A stretch of 64,000 nucleotides of DNA from an uncultured delta proteobacterium. GTDB taxonomy: Bacteria; Desulfobacterota; Desulfobacteria; Desulfobacterales; B30-G6. Numbering within the stretch: position 1 is the first letter of the stretch; each line of letters opens with the position of its first letter. Of this stretch, positions 38,968 to 48,697 are shown one piece after another. The notes beneath the pieces are model-generated. The model was not told the DNA's origin. It saw only the letters and a list, made by a program, of their open reading frames with translations, and ran no database searches. The translations under genes and the position numbers were made by a program. Where the stretch lies: contig CAWGLD010000001.1 of NCBI GenBank assembly GCA_963823335.1, forward strand, positions 1,248,001 through 1,312,000, read 5' to 3'.

Positions 38968-39165
38968 GTTAGGGAAGGATATGCACCCTATGAAAAACTC
39001 AATCCCGTATATGCTGAATACAACATAGGCAATTATGCACGAAGTTTTACCGTCTCCAATGCGGTAGATACCAGTAATATCAAGGCTGTTCTCAGAGACG
39101 GGGTTCTATCCTTGACGCTGCTCAAGGCGCCTGAAGCAAAACCGAGGGTAATTTCTGTCAAATAA
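38968..39165 (+). pseudogene. Hsp20/alpha-crystallin C-terminal fragment
   Basis: Own translation: PVYAEYNIGNYARSFTVSNAVDTSNIKAVLRDGVLSLTLLKAPEAKPRVISVK*; in-frame TAG at 38965, no start. Confidence 0.75.
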
Positions 39166-39319
39166 AATACTCAGTAGGAACGTGCTGAGTTTGCTCCAGC
39201 TTACCGGCGTTCCTACTAGATTTAATTTCCTCAAACTCTCTTTTATTGATCGATAACAATGCCGGAAAGCGCATTGTGGAAGCGCTTAGACGGATACTCC
39301 AGACCAGGACAAACCGATC

Positions 39320-39613
39320 GTGGTTTCGACATTGGGCTCCTATGTCACCCCCGAGGCGACGACCATTCTTATGAGCCTTGATATCGAGCACTTCATTGTC
39401 GCGTTCGATTGGGACGAACTCGGCAGAAACGGTATCGAACGGATGGCAGCCAAATCAAACGGGTGGGTCTATTACCTTGGCGGTCCGGCTAAAGATCAGG
39501 CCCCTTTCGATATGTTAAAGCCGGTGGTCGACGCCATCAGAGGGTTTTCCCTGGGAACACCTGATGACCGGTGCGCGATGGGCCCGGAAACGATAGGAGG
39601 TAAAAATGGATGA
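39320..39613 (+). pseudogene. Toprim (DnaG-like) domain fragment
   Basis: VSTLGS...IVAFDWDELG (DxD) resembles a primase Toprim domain; lacks the rest of the protein. Confidence 0.5.
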
Positions 39614-41741
39614 TATCATTTTGTTTCCCCATTTACCGGAACGCCTCGCGGGTCTGGAGGAGTTGGCGGAAAACCTTTGGTGGAGCTGGAATCCAGGAGC
39701 ACGAATGCTCTTCAAGACACTCGACCGGCAGGGTTGGAAGGAAAGCGGTCACAACCCCGACAAGATGCTGAGGGAGTTACCCCCCGAAATTCTGGAGAAG
39801 GCAGCCGCTGATATCGACTATCTGCGTCAATACGATGCCGTGCTGGATGTGTTCAGTAGCTACCTGCAACAAAAAGAATGCCGCCTGCTGGGACCCGTTT
39901 CCTGGGATCACAAGTATGCCGTGGCCTACTTTTCCGCCGAATACGGTCTCCATCGCTCCTTGCCCTTTTATGCCGGTGGATTGGGCTTTTTGGCGGGAGA
40001 CTATATAAAGGAATGCAGCGACCTTTGCTTCCCGCTGGTGGCGGTGGGGTTTATGTATCCGGAAGGCTATTTCCGGCAACAGATCCGGGATGACGGCTGG
40101 CAGGAAAATCTCGTCGAGTCCATCAACCGCGAGGCCGCCCCGATTTCCAAGGTGATGGGTAAAGATGGACGGCAACTCGTCGTTAAGGTGCCGCTAACCG
40201 ATCCCCCCATTTATACCGCGGTGTGGAAGGTCGCCGTGGGGCGGGTAATCCTCTATCTGATGGATACGGATGTCGAAATCAACGATCCCTGGAACAGAGG
40301 CATCAGCGCCCGGCTCTACATCGGCGATATAGAGCAGCGCCTACGCCAGGAAATCGTTTTAGGGCTTGGTGGTGCCGAGATGCTCAAGGCGCTAGGGATA
40401 GATCATTACCTCTTACACTTGAACGAGGGCCATGCGGCCTTCGCCCTGTTGGAACGTATCCGGGCAACGGTATCAACGGGCAAAGATTTTGCGGCGGCCT
40501 GCGAAAAAAATATCAACACTACGATCTTCACGACACACACCCCCGTTCCCGCAGGTCACGATGTTTTTCCCTTTCAGTTGATGGAAAAGTATTTTCATTC
40601 ATACTTGCCTGACCTGGGTCTTGATCGCGACGCATTTTTCCAATTAGGCATCCATCCGGAAAAACCGGGGGAAGGATTCAACATGACCGCTTTCGCACTG
40701 AGGTTATCCGGCTTTCGCAACGCTGTGAGCAAACGGCACGCCCAAGTCTCCCGGAAGATGTGGCAAAGCCTCTGGCCCGACCTGCTGGAAGATCAGGTCC
40801 CCATCGATTACGTCACCAACGGCATCCACGTGCCCACCTGGATCGAACCGAAAATAAAGCTTCTTCTGGACAAGTACCTGGGGGCCGAATGGCTGGATAA
40901 GCATGACGATCCGGCTATCTGGCAGCTTCTCGACGACATTCCTGATACCGAGTTGTGGCAAACGCACCACTGGCTCAAAGTAAAACTGATCGATGCCATC
41001 AGGGAGCGCACACGCCAACGCTGGGCCAATGGGGATGCCAGCGCCTCCATCATGCTTACCGGGGGCGCTTTTCTGGATCCCTCGGTTCTTACGCTCGGCT
41101 TTGCCCGCCGGTTTGCCACCTACAAAAGAGCCTTGTTGATCTTCCAGGACCTGGAGCGTCTCAAGAAACACTTCAAGGACCGCTGGCGTCCGATCCAGAT
41201 CATCTTTGCCGGAAAAGCCCATCCTGCCGATGACCCCGGCAAACGGCTACTTCAGAACCTGATCAACCTGGCTCGTGATCCGCAGCTTGGGGGCCGAATT
41301 GCCTTTGTGGAGGATTATGGCGAACAATTGGCCCAGTACCTGGTGCACGGGGTGGATATATGGCTCAACAATCCGCTGCCGCCTTTCGAGGCCTGCGGAA
41401 CCAGCGGTATGAAGGCTGCTCTAAACGGTGTACCCCATTTAAGCGTGCTGGACGGCTGGTGGGGAGAAGGGTTTAATGGGAATAATGGCTGGGCTGTTGA
41501 CCATGATGCAAATTCTGAGAATCCGGATGGCAGCGATGCCGAAAAGATTTACCGGCTTCTGGAAGATCAGATCATTCCCCTTTATTACAAGATGTCGGAA
41601 AACGGCGTGCCCCTCGAGTGGGTCCGGCTGATGAAGGCAACCATTAAAAGCGTGGCAGCCGGTTTTTCCGCGCGCCGGATGGTCAAGCAATATATTGAAA
41701 AGATCTATCCCACCAGGTTTAAAACCAATGGAGAAACGTAA
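39606..41741 (+). CDS. glgP: Alpha-glucan (glycogen/maltodextrin) phosphorylase
   Basis: YAGGLG, LNEGH, TNGIH, FARRFATYKR, EACGTSGMK. Confidence 0.96.
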   Translation: MDDIILFPHLPERLAGLEELAENLWWSWNPGARMLFKTLDRQGWKESGHNPDKMLRELPPEILEKAAADIDYLRQYDAVLDVFSSYLQQKECRLLGPVSWDHKYAVAYFSAEYGLHRSLPFYAGGLGFLAGDYIKECSDLCFPLVAVGFMYPEGYFRQQIRDDGWQENLVESINREAAPISKVMGKDGRQLVVKVPLTDPPIYTAVWKVAVGRVILYLMDTDVEINDPWNRGISARLYIGDIEQRLRQEIVLGLGGAEMLKALGIDHYLLHLNEGHAAFALLERIRATVSTGKDFAAACEKNINTTIFTTHTPVPAGHDVFPFQLMEKYFHSYLPDLGLDRDAFFQLGIHPEKPGEGFNMTAFALRLSGFRNAVSKRHAQVSRKMWQSLWPDLLEDQVPIDYVTNGIHVPTWIEPKIKLLLDKYLGAEWLDKHDDPAIWQLLDDIPDTELWQTHHWLKVKLIDAIRERTRQRWANGDASASIMLTGGAFLDPSVLTLGFARRFATYKRALLIFQDLERLKKHFKDRWRPIQIIFAGKAHPADDPGKRLLQNLINLARDPQLGGRIAFVEDYGEQLAQYLVHGVDIWLNNPLPPFEACGTSGMKAALNGVPHLSVLDGWWGEGFNGNNGWAVDHDANSENPDGSDAEKIYRLLEDQIIPLYYKMSENGVPLEWVRLMKATIKSVAAGFSARRMVKQYIEKIYPTRFKTNGET

Positions 41742-41873
41742 AAATCGCAGAGGACTTTTCTGCACAAGCTGAAAGACAACCTCGAACAAGGCACACGATA
41801 ACGGCAACCGCCCAGTCTATGCATGCAATTCATTGGACTTGTCCATCTAGTAATTAAAAGGTACATCAACCAT

Positions 41874-42116
41874 ATGATTCATCCATACAACAATTCTACG
41901 CAGACACGCTGGGACCGCGGCGAGCTCAAGGTTCAACTCAATCAGCCCAATAATCCTCGTCCCATTGGGTTTTGTGACGGAAGCCCCGAGGACGTCACTG
42001 AACTCCTCTCAATCGCCGAAGCCGAGGGCGGTGATGATGTAAAGATCCACAAGAAGATCCTCAAGACCGGGCGCGAGATATGGACCTTGGATGGACAAGG
42101 GAACCCCAACGTTTAA
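41874..42116 (+). CDS. Small hypothetical protein
   Basis: Plausible 80-aa ORF MIHPYNNSTQTRWD...; longest ORF starts at 41823. Confidence 0.55.
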   Translation: MIHPYNNSTQTRWDRGELKVQLNQPNNPRPIGFCDGSPEDVTELLSIAEAEGGDDVKIHKKILKTGREIWTLDGQGNPNV

Positions 42117-42228
42117 TAATTCCTTTTCTGTGATGCAAGCGGGAAACAGAAGAACTGTACAGTAGACAGCGATGACTGAAGACAGACTTGGAAACGTCCA
42201 TACAATTATGAAATTCTTCCTTAAGAGC

Positions 42229-42260
42229 GGTGTTATCGAGACTTTTTTCTCGATAACACC
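42229..42260. repeat. Perfect 13-bp inverted repeat
   Basis: GGTGTTATCGAGA-N6-TCTCGATAACACC. Confidence 0.7.
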
Positions 42261-42304
42261 AATAGCCCGGAATTAATTTCCGCTACTCACTTGTTAGGTT
42301 TTCA

Positions 42305-42764
42305 ATGGGAGTTTTTATGAACGAATCAGATGTCGAATACGCAGGCTTCTGGGTACCCTTGCAAAAAACCATTTGCGCTGGGCTCGTGTACTTCGCAATT
42401 GTGCTCGGTACTGGCTTCGTACTGGGTGTGTTCAGAGTGCCAATCCTCGTTCCATACATGGGAGAGCGCTGGGCAGAACTCGCGGAGATGCCAATCATGG
42501 CAACTGTGATCTTTCTAGCCGCGGGGTACATCCTGCGGCGTTTCCCTGAAATATGTTTCCCTGGTCGTTCGTCGGTGGCGGGGTTCCTTGCCCTGGCTCT
42601 TGCGGTCTCCGCGGAGTTGGGCCTCGCAGTCGTCCTCCAAAGTCAAAATTCCCGAATTCATAAGTAGCAGAGACAAGGTTTCTGGCTCTGTCTACCTTGC
42701 CTTGCTCTAGGTTTTCGCTATCATGCCGCGCGTTCGTCTTCGGACCATAAATCAGCTATGCTAA
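42305..42764 (+). pseudogene. Disrupted membrane-protein gene cassette
   Basis: Hydrophobic ORF continues after a frameshift near 42650 as EFISSRDKVSGSVYLALL*VFAIMP; begins with RDD-like VEYAGFW. Confidence 0.6.
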
Positions 42765-42775
42765 AGTGCAGCGAG

Positions 42776-42841
42776 GCCTAAGCAGGCGCTCATGCGGAGC
42801 CGCGCAAACAGCCACGCAGTCCGTTTAGCTCTGCGTTACCG
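42776..42841 (+). mobile_element. Degenerate integron attC site
   Basis: GCCTAAG...CTCATGCGGA...GTCCGTTTAG...GCGTTACC follows the R''-L''-L'-R' layout with mutated R boxes. Confidence 0.6.
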
Positions 42842-42861
42842 ATTACTCAACTCAGCACCAG

Positions 42862-44580
42862 TCAGCCATTTTTTTGAACAACTTTCAACGTTCGCATGCG
42901 ATTCATTGCGGCGGCCAGTTCGAAAGATCTGAAATGGGCGATATCCCCGGTCACATAAGGGGTGAGGATATCGAGGCTCTTTTCGTCTATATCGGCTGTC
43001 ACCCGTTCCACGACTTCCTTCAAGGTTCGTTTTCCGTCCATGTATCGGATGGCATAGTGCAGGGCGTGAGCGATGCCTCGTGTCTGGGACATGTGAGCGA
43101 TCTGTTCCACATCTCCTAAGTCGATAAGGGTTTTTCCGAACAGAATTTCATTTGATTTAGGGACTGAGATCTTTAAGCGATGTTTTGCCTGATAGGGATT
43201 GAAACTTTCCGGGATGGGCATGCGTTCTTTGAGTTCTCCGAATGTATGCCCCCCTTCCGTTCTGCGCCCGCTTGCATGTGTTGCTGCAATGTGATGCGCC
43301 TTTCGGGTGACATCCTCGGGGACGTAAGTCGTCATTTGAAGCACCTGATGGGCCACGGAAAAATAATCACCTGAGCCGCCCATCACCAGCACCGTGGAAA
43401 CACCTTTTTCATCATACAGCTGCCGGACTTTATCGATGAAAGGCGTGATGGGTTCCTTGTCCTTAGCAACCAGTCGCTGCATGCGATGATCACGGATCAT
43501 GAAATTGGTGGCCGAGGTGTCTTCATCCAAAAAAAGAACCCGGGCGCCGATTTCCAGGGCCTCGGAGATGTTGGCTGCCTGGGAGGTGCTGCCACTGGCG
43601 TTCTTCGTTGAAAAGGAAGTGGTGTCTTTTTTAAAGGGCAGGGTGTCGATAAAGGGCGATATATCCGTCTGGGCCACATTGCGACCGTCGGATGCCCGGA
43701 TTTTAACGGCATTGGGAACCGTTATCACCAGTTCCCGGCCGTCTTTGGGGAGATGATTGTACATTCCCAGTTCCAGAGCATTTAGCAGGGTCGATTTTCC
43801 GTGATACCCGCCGCCCACGATCAGGGTCACTCCTTTGGGTATACCCATTCCCGTGATACAACCCCTGTTTGGAAGCATGATGTCTTTCTGCAGGGTGCCG
43901 GGTGATTGAAATCGAACGGCCAGCTCTTCCGCCAAAGGGGCTGGGTCGATACCGCTGGCGCGTGGAAGCAGGGCGCCGTTGGCCACAAAACCCAATAGAC
44001 CCAGGTCATCGAGTCCCTTTCTCAATGCATCTGCATCCTCTGCCATATGGATATGCGTTTTAAGCTCGGTGGGATTCAGGCCATTAAAAAAAAGGGATCT
44101 CTGTACAATCGCAGGCAGTTCTTTCAAAAACATGACTGCCGCAGCTTTGCCTGAAATTCGCCGGCCTTGCGCCGGCAGACCCATGAAAAAGCGTGCCTCA
44201 ACCCATTGATCTCTAAGCACCATGGCGGTGGTTTCGATTATCTCCTGACCCGGTCGGTCCACGACGATCAGACCACTCTTGCCGGTGCCGCGATTTCCCT
44301 GGGAATATTTAAGGCAGTTCTTGTAAAAGATACGGGTCAGATAGTCGCACAGGGCCACCTTTCGGCTCTTGCTTGCCGAAAGTGCCGGGGATAAACCGGA
44401 CATTTTTCTGTCGACCCGGACCCGAATTCTGGATGGGGTGGCAAATGGGTCGCCCTGCACATGATCGATGATCAGCCTAAAGCCGGGGAATTGGTATGCA
44501 CCCTCGATTTCCTTGTAGGCTTTGTAACCGCGGCCATCGATGCGACCTAAAATTTCACCTAATGTTTGTTGTGTTTGCAT
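42862..44580 (-). CDS. Soluble ABC-class ATPase-domain protein (uncharacterised P-loop family)
   Basis: HVQGDPFA, GGGYHGKST, ASGSTSQAA, DEDTSATNFMIRD. Confidence 0.85.
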   Translation of the reverse strand: MQTQQTLGEILGRIDGRGYKAYKEIEGAYQFPGFRLIIDHVQGDPFATPSRIRVRVDRKMSGLSPALSASKSRKVALCDYLTRIFYKNCLKYSQGNRGTGKSGLIVVDRPGQEIIETTAMVLRDQWVEARFFMGLPAQGRRISGKAAAVMFLKELPAIVQRSLFFNGLNPTELKTHIHMAEDADALRKGLDDLGLLGFVANGALLPRASGIDPAPLAEELAVRFQSPGTLQKDIMLPNRGCITGMGIPKGVTLIVGGGYHGKSTLLNALELGMYNHLPKDGRELVITVPNAVKIRASDGRNVAQTDISPFIDTLPFKKDTTSFSTKNASGSTSQAANISEALEIGARVLFLDEDTSATNFMIRDHRMQRLVAKDKEPITPFIDKVRQLYDEKGVSTVLVMGGSGDYFSVAHQVLQMTTYVPEDVTRKAHHIAATHASGRRTEGGHTFGELKERMPIPESFNPYQAKHRLKISVPKSNEILFGKTLIDLGDVEQIAHMSQTRGIAHALHYAIRYMDGKRTLKEVVERVTADIDEKSLDILTPYVTGDIAHFRSFELAAAMNRMRTLKVVQKNG

Positions 44581-44624
44581 GCGGTTCAACCGAACACTTT
44601 CCAGGGGCTGGAAAGAAACAAGAG

Positions 44625-45008
44625 TTACCTGTTAAATTTTCGGTCCCATTCAAACTCACGAGCGGTTACCATGTCTTCCATGCGCTGGATACGGTGATCC
44701 AGGTTGTGAAAGCGGCGTTTCAGCCGGCTGGCCGCTCTGGGCCTGGAGCTTGTATAGCTGTCGTAAAATTCCTGCTCCCCTTCTGACTCAATCGGTCTGA
44801 CAGGCTCCGGTTTCATCAATAGAGATGCAACAAAATAGAGCGCCAGTATCGGCCATACACCGCTGGCGAAAAAAAATACCAGAACAATGACCCGTATCCA
44901 GAAGGCTTTTAAATCGAAAAAGTTCGCCAGGCCCTGGCATACGCCGAGAATAATTCCATTTCGGGATCGGTAAAGACCACGACCATGTGGGTGTCTGAAT
45001 CTGTTCAT
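44625..45008 (-). CDS. pspC: Phage shock protein C
   Basis: LYRSRNGIILGVCQGLA; RIQRMEDMVT; ATGA overlap with pspB. Confidence 0.9.
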   Translation of the reverse strand: MNRFRHPHGRGLYRSRNGIILGVCQGLANFFDLKAFWIRVIVLVFFFASGVWPILALYFVASLLMKPEPVRPIESEGEQEFYDSYTSSRPRAASRLKRRFHNLDHRIQRMEDMVTAREFEWDRKFNR

Positions 45009-45253
45009 GAAGATGTTTCCTTTCCCTGGCTTTCCATCAGAATGGTTTCCAGGCTTTCCACACGCTTTTCCATCTGCGTCAAACCGTGATAGATTTCCTG
45101 TATCATCCGGGTTTCTTCTTGATAATGTTGACGGCTTTTTCGTGACACACCGCCATGTCTCATTTTGATGGTCATCAGAATAGTGCCTGTTATCATGCCC
45201 AGGATGATAATAATGCTGCTGAAAACAATGCTTACGATGATGATTGCATTCAT
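45005..45253 (-). CDS. pspB: Phage shock protein B-like
   Basis: N-terminal TM; MEKRVESLETIL; lies between pspA and pspC. Confidence 0.85.
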   Translation of the reverse strand: MNAIIIVSIVFSSIIIILGMITGTILMTIKMRHGGVSRKSRQHYQEETRMIQEIYHGLTQMEKRVESLETILMESQGKETSS

Positions 45254-45354
45254 ATGTGGGGTGCTCCAATATCAGGCGATTTGGCCTGTTTGCATAGGAT
45301 TGTGCGATTTACCCGTAAGGGGAGGATTCCCAGTATCCCTGTTGTAACGTTCTG

Positions 45355-46038
45355 TCAGGACGGGTCGGGATTTGTCCCCGGGTTTTTGCGCGAGGATTTC
45401 AGCGCTGCAAGTTCCTTTTCTATATCATCATCGAGGACTAAATTGTCAAACTCTTCTTCAACGGGGGGCTTTTTCCCGAAGTTCACCAGGTCCGCCTCTG
45501 CTTCCATCCGGTCAATCCGGTTTTCAAGTTGATCGAATCTGGCGATGGTTTCAAAATTATCCACCCGCCGGATTTCTTCCTGGGCACGCCGTTTTTTTCT
45601 GGCATGAACATGGCGCTGAATGAGCAATCCCTGTTTCTCTCTGGCTGTGTGTAGTTTGTCCTCCAGCAGGGTAATATCCTCCTGATATTTACGGACCATG
45701 TCATCGTGTTCCATCAGGTCCTGTTTCAATGACGACACCATATCCGTAAAACGGCGTTTTTCATTGAGTGCTTCGCGCGCCAGGTCATCCCGACCTCTGC
45801 TGACCGCCAGGCTCGCCCGTGCCTGCCACTGTTCCTGGCGTGACACAAGATTATCCAACCGGCGCTGATTTTTTTTTCGACCGGCAATGACGCCTGCACA
45901 GGAGGCTTTCAATTCGATCAGAGTGTCTTCCATCTCCCGTATCATAAGTTTGATCAGTTTTTCGGGGTCTTCGGCCCTGTCCAACATGGCGTTGATATTG
46001 GAACTGACAATATCTCGAAATCTTGTAAATATACCCAT
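45355..46038 (-). CDS. pspA: Phage shock protein A
   Basis: MGIFTRFRDIVSSNINAMLDRAEDPEK; GGAGG RBS. Confidence 0.95.
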   Translation of the reverse strand: MGIFTRFRDIVSSNINAMLDRAEDPEKLIKLMIREMEDTLIELKASCAGVIAGRKKNQRRLDNLVSRQEQWQARASLAVSRGRDDLAREALNEKRRFTDMVSSLKQDLMEHDDMVRKYQEDITLLEDKLHTAREKQGLLIQRHVHARKKRRAQEEIRRVDNFETIARFDQLENRIDRMEAEADLVNFGKKPPVEEEFDNLVLDDDIEKELAALKSSRKNPGTNPDPS

Positions 46039-46152
46039 GGTGCAACCTCCGTTTTGATAAATGTCGTTGGCTATAAGCTGTGGTGGTATGAAGACGACTG
46101 ACTGGATACCACCCGCAGCAATGGTTGGATTCTTTCCGCTGTCTTCTCTATT

Positions 46153-46168
46153 AGCATAAGATGTGCCA
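46153..46168 (-). promoter_or_regulatory. Sigma54 promoter of pspA
   Basis: TGGCAC-N5-ATGCT (-24/-12). Confidence 0.85.
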
Positions 46169-46233
46169 AGACGCATTTAAAACTCAACTATATGATAAAT
46201 AAGGAAAATATTAAATTGACAGGATCAAGCCAA

Positions 46234-46271
46234 TATGGTAAATATCGCCATTAAATGGCATAAATAACTAT
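46234..46271. promoter_or_regulatory. Putative PspF upstream activating sites
   Basis: Tandem imperfect palindromes TGGTAAATATCGCCA / TGGCATAAATAACTA ~70-100 bp from the -24 box. Confidence 0.5.
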
Positions 46272-46289
46272 TTAAAGGTAAATATAATC

Positions 46290-47333
46290 ATGGGTCGTTC
46301 TTCATCGAAATTTGTAACACCGACGCCGGGCGTCGAGGCTATCGGGCAATCCGAAGCATTTCTGATGTTCCAGGAATCGCTTTCAAAAGTGGCCACCGTC
46401 AATCGTCCGGTGCTTCTTATGGGTGAAAGGGGAACCGGCAAAGAACTTGCAGCCATGCGACTGCATTACCTGTCACCTCGCTGGCAGGAACCGCTGGTGG
46501 CGCTCAATTGTGCTGCATTGAGCCCCACTTTGATCGAAACGGAGTTGTTCGGCCATGAAAAAGGAGCTTTTACCGGTGCTTTACAGTCACGCAAAGGCCG
46601 GTTCGAGGCCGCCGAAAGCGGCACCCTTTTCCTGGATGAAATCGGCAATATCCCATTGGAAGTTCAGGAAAAGATTTTGCGCATCGTGGAATATGGTTCC
46701 TTCGAAAGGGTGGGCGGATCATTACCGGTTGAGGTGGACGTACGACTGGTGGGGGCCACCAACGCAGATTTGTTGGACCTGACAGCCAGAGACCTGTTCA
46801 AAAGGGATCTCCTGGATCGTCTTTCTTTTGAGGTCCTGTTTTTGCCGCCCTTGAGAGAGCGGCTGGGAGATGTTTTGCTGCTGGCGGACCATTTTGCCCG
46901 TAGAATGGCTTTCGAACTCGGGCGTGAGGAGACCCCTGTTTTTAGCAGGCAGGCAACCACCATGATTGAAAAATATGCCTGGCCGGGTAATGTGCGCGAA
47001 TTGAAAAATGTTGTGGAGCGGGCGGTTTACAGAAGCGATTTGTCACGTATCACGGAGATCGACTTCAATCCCTTCAATTCGCCCTATAAAATGCCCATGG
47101 ATGCGGCACCCCTGGAGAAAAAAAGGCCGTTTACTGAAGTGCAAGAACCCGGCTTGACAGCACTGCCCTTGAAAGAAGCTGTGAAACGTCTTGAAATTCA
47201 ACTGTTGAAGACATCCCTGGAGACTTCCAAATACAATCAGAAGAAAGCGGCCGAAAAACTGGGCTTGACCTACGATCAGTTGCGAGGTTTGCTGAAAAAG
47301 CATGCAGAAGCACTGCAAGATCTATCTGTTTGA
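46290..47333 (+). CDS. pspF: Sigma54 activator PspF
   Basis: GERGTGKE, GAFTGA, WPGNVRELKN, HTH; no N-terminal sensor domain; divergent from pspA. Confidence 0.95.
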   Translation: MGRSSSKFVTPTPGVEAIGQSEAFLMFQESLSKVATVNRPVLLMGERGTGKELAAMRLHYLSPRWQEPLVALNCAALSPTLIETELFGHEKGAFTGALQSRKGRFEAAESGTLFLDEIGNIPLEVQEKILRIVEYGSFERVGGSLPVEVDVRLVGATNADLLDLTARDLFKRDLLDRLSFEVLFLPPLRERLGDVLLLADHFARRMAFELGREETPVFSRQATTMIEKYAWPGNVRELKNVVERAVYRSDLSRITEIDFNPFNSPYKMPMDAAPLEKKRPFTEVQEPGLTALPLKEAVKRLEIQLLKTSLETSKYNQKKAAEKLGLTYDQLRGLLKKHAEALQDLSV

Positions 47334-48074
47334 TGCGTCAATAATTTCTTTGGCGGCATCTCCAAGGATCATGGTGTCAGTGTTGATGGCAATCAAGCTG
47401 AAACCGTCGTCAATATATGGCCTGACCGCCTCAGGGCTTGTCCCGAAAATGCCTGTCGGAATATGGGCTGCGTCCGCACACTTCTTTACCTTTTTTATGG
47501 CATCTCTAACTTCGGGATCGTTCACCTGACCTATTTTGCCCATGCTGGCAGAAAGATCGTAAGGTCCGATGAACAGGCAGTCAATACCGGGTATGGTGAC
47601 GATGGACTTGATATTATGGATGGCATCTATATGTTCAATCTGTAGGATGACGGTTGTATCTGTGTTTGCAGTATCAACATACTCTTTAAAATGTGCCCCA
47701 TACCCTTGTGCCCTGGCGATTCCGACACTGCGGGAACCCTCAGGAGGATACTTGCACCACCGAACCGCCTGGGCTGCCTCTTCTGCAGACTGGATCTGGG
47801 GCACAATGATGCCGGATGCGCCGATATCGAGGCATTTTTTTATCCAGGTTTCGTCATTTAAAGGCACGCGAATGACGCATGCAACCTGCGGGCTGGCCGC
47901 CTGAAGGATGGTCTGGGCATCTCTGATGCTCATGGCGCCGTGTTCCAGGTCGATAAAGAGCCAGTCAAATCCGGCGGTGCAAAGGATTTCGGCGATTTCA
48001 GGCGACGGCAAGGTCAGCATCGTTCCCAATAGAGGCAACTTTTGGGCAATCTTTTTTCTTAGAGAAGTTTTCAT
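47322..48074 (-). CDS. HpcH/HpaI class II pyruvate aldolase family
   Basis: IDLEHG, VIRVP, YPPEGSRS, LQIE, FIGPYDLSASMG. Confidence 0.92.
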   Translation of the reverse strand: MKTSLRKKIAQKLPLLGTMLTLPSPEIAEILCTAGFDWLFIDLEHGAMSIRDAQTILQAASPQVACVIRVPLNDETWIKKCLDIGASGIIVPQIQSAEEAAQAVRWCKYPPEGSRSVGIARAQGYGAHFKEYVDTANTDTTVILQIEHIDAIHNIKSIVTIPGIDCLFIGPYDLSASMGKIGQVNDPEVRDAIKKVKKCADAAHIPTGIFGTSPEAVRPYIDDGFSLIAINTDTMILGDAAKEIIDASNR

Positions 48075-48697
48075 TGGGTCCGCTTTTTATCGATGGCTTT
48101 TTTTAAGGCGGCATCGTGGATATGGCCGGCAAAATGAACCGGACTTTTCCCGTAAATCGGGTCCCAGTTGGCTGGGTCTGCGCTGCAGAAAAACTGAACC
48201 TCCAACCCGAAGCGTGTGGGTGCCTCCGTTACATGGAGTCCGATAATTTTAGACGCCGCTTCCCAGGTGGCGCCGCAGGGTGCCCCTCTTCTGACGGAAA
48301 CCCTTTGAATTTTGTCCTCTGAAATTTCCACATCCAGTTCTGGCGCACCGAATTGGTTTCCATATGTTCCCAGGCAGTCCTGCCGGGCAAGGCCGCATCA
48401 GGTGGGCGGGGTGATAACATGGACAGGGTGATGCTTCTTTCCGGAAGCCACCAGGGGGATTTCCATTTCAGAACAGAGTTGAGCCAGATCATAAGACAGG
48501 TCAGGGTGCTGCAGAAAATCCAGTACCAGGTCCGCTTCAATTTTTTGCGGCAGGAATTGTCTGGCGTCGTCGATGACCGGCGGGAGCTCATTATCAACGG
48601 AGACAACTTCCAAACTGAATCGATTGCCACCATATTTTCGAATACCGGCAATCTTGCTTTCCCCTTTTTGGTTTTGTTGAAAAACGAGAATTTTCAT
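48071..48697 (-). CDS. DUF166 family selenoprotein (in-frame UGA at 48400-48398)
   Basis: ORFs 48398-48697 and 48071-48331 share a frame: ...TPPT-U-CGL...GAPE...RGAPCGATW...QFFCSA; hairpin downstream of the UGA. Confidence 0.85.
48368..48400 (-). promoter_or_regulatory. Putative SECIS element
   Basis: UGA UGC GGC CUU G CCCGGCAG-GA-CUGCCUGGG stem-loop with apical G. Confidence 0.65.

Noticed and set aside
44625-45269. 214-aa version of pspC
   Set aside because: The extra N-terminus overlaps pspB in another frame; the ATGA overlap marks 45008 as the start
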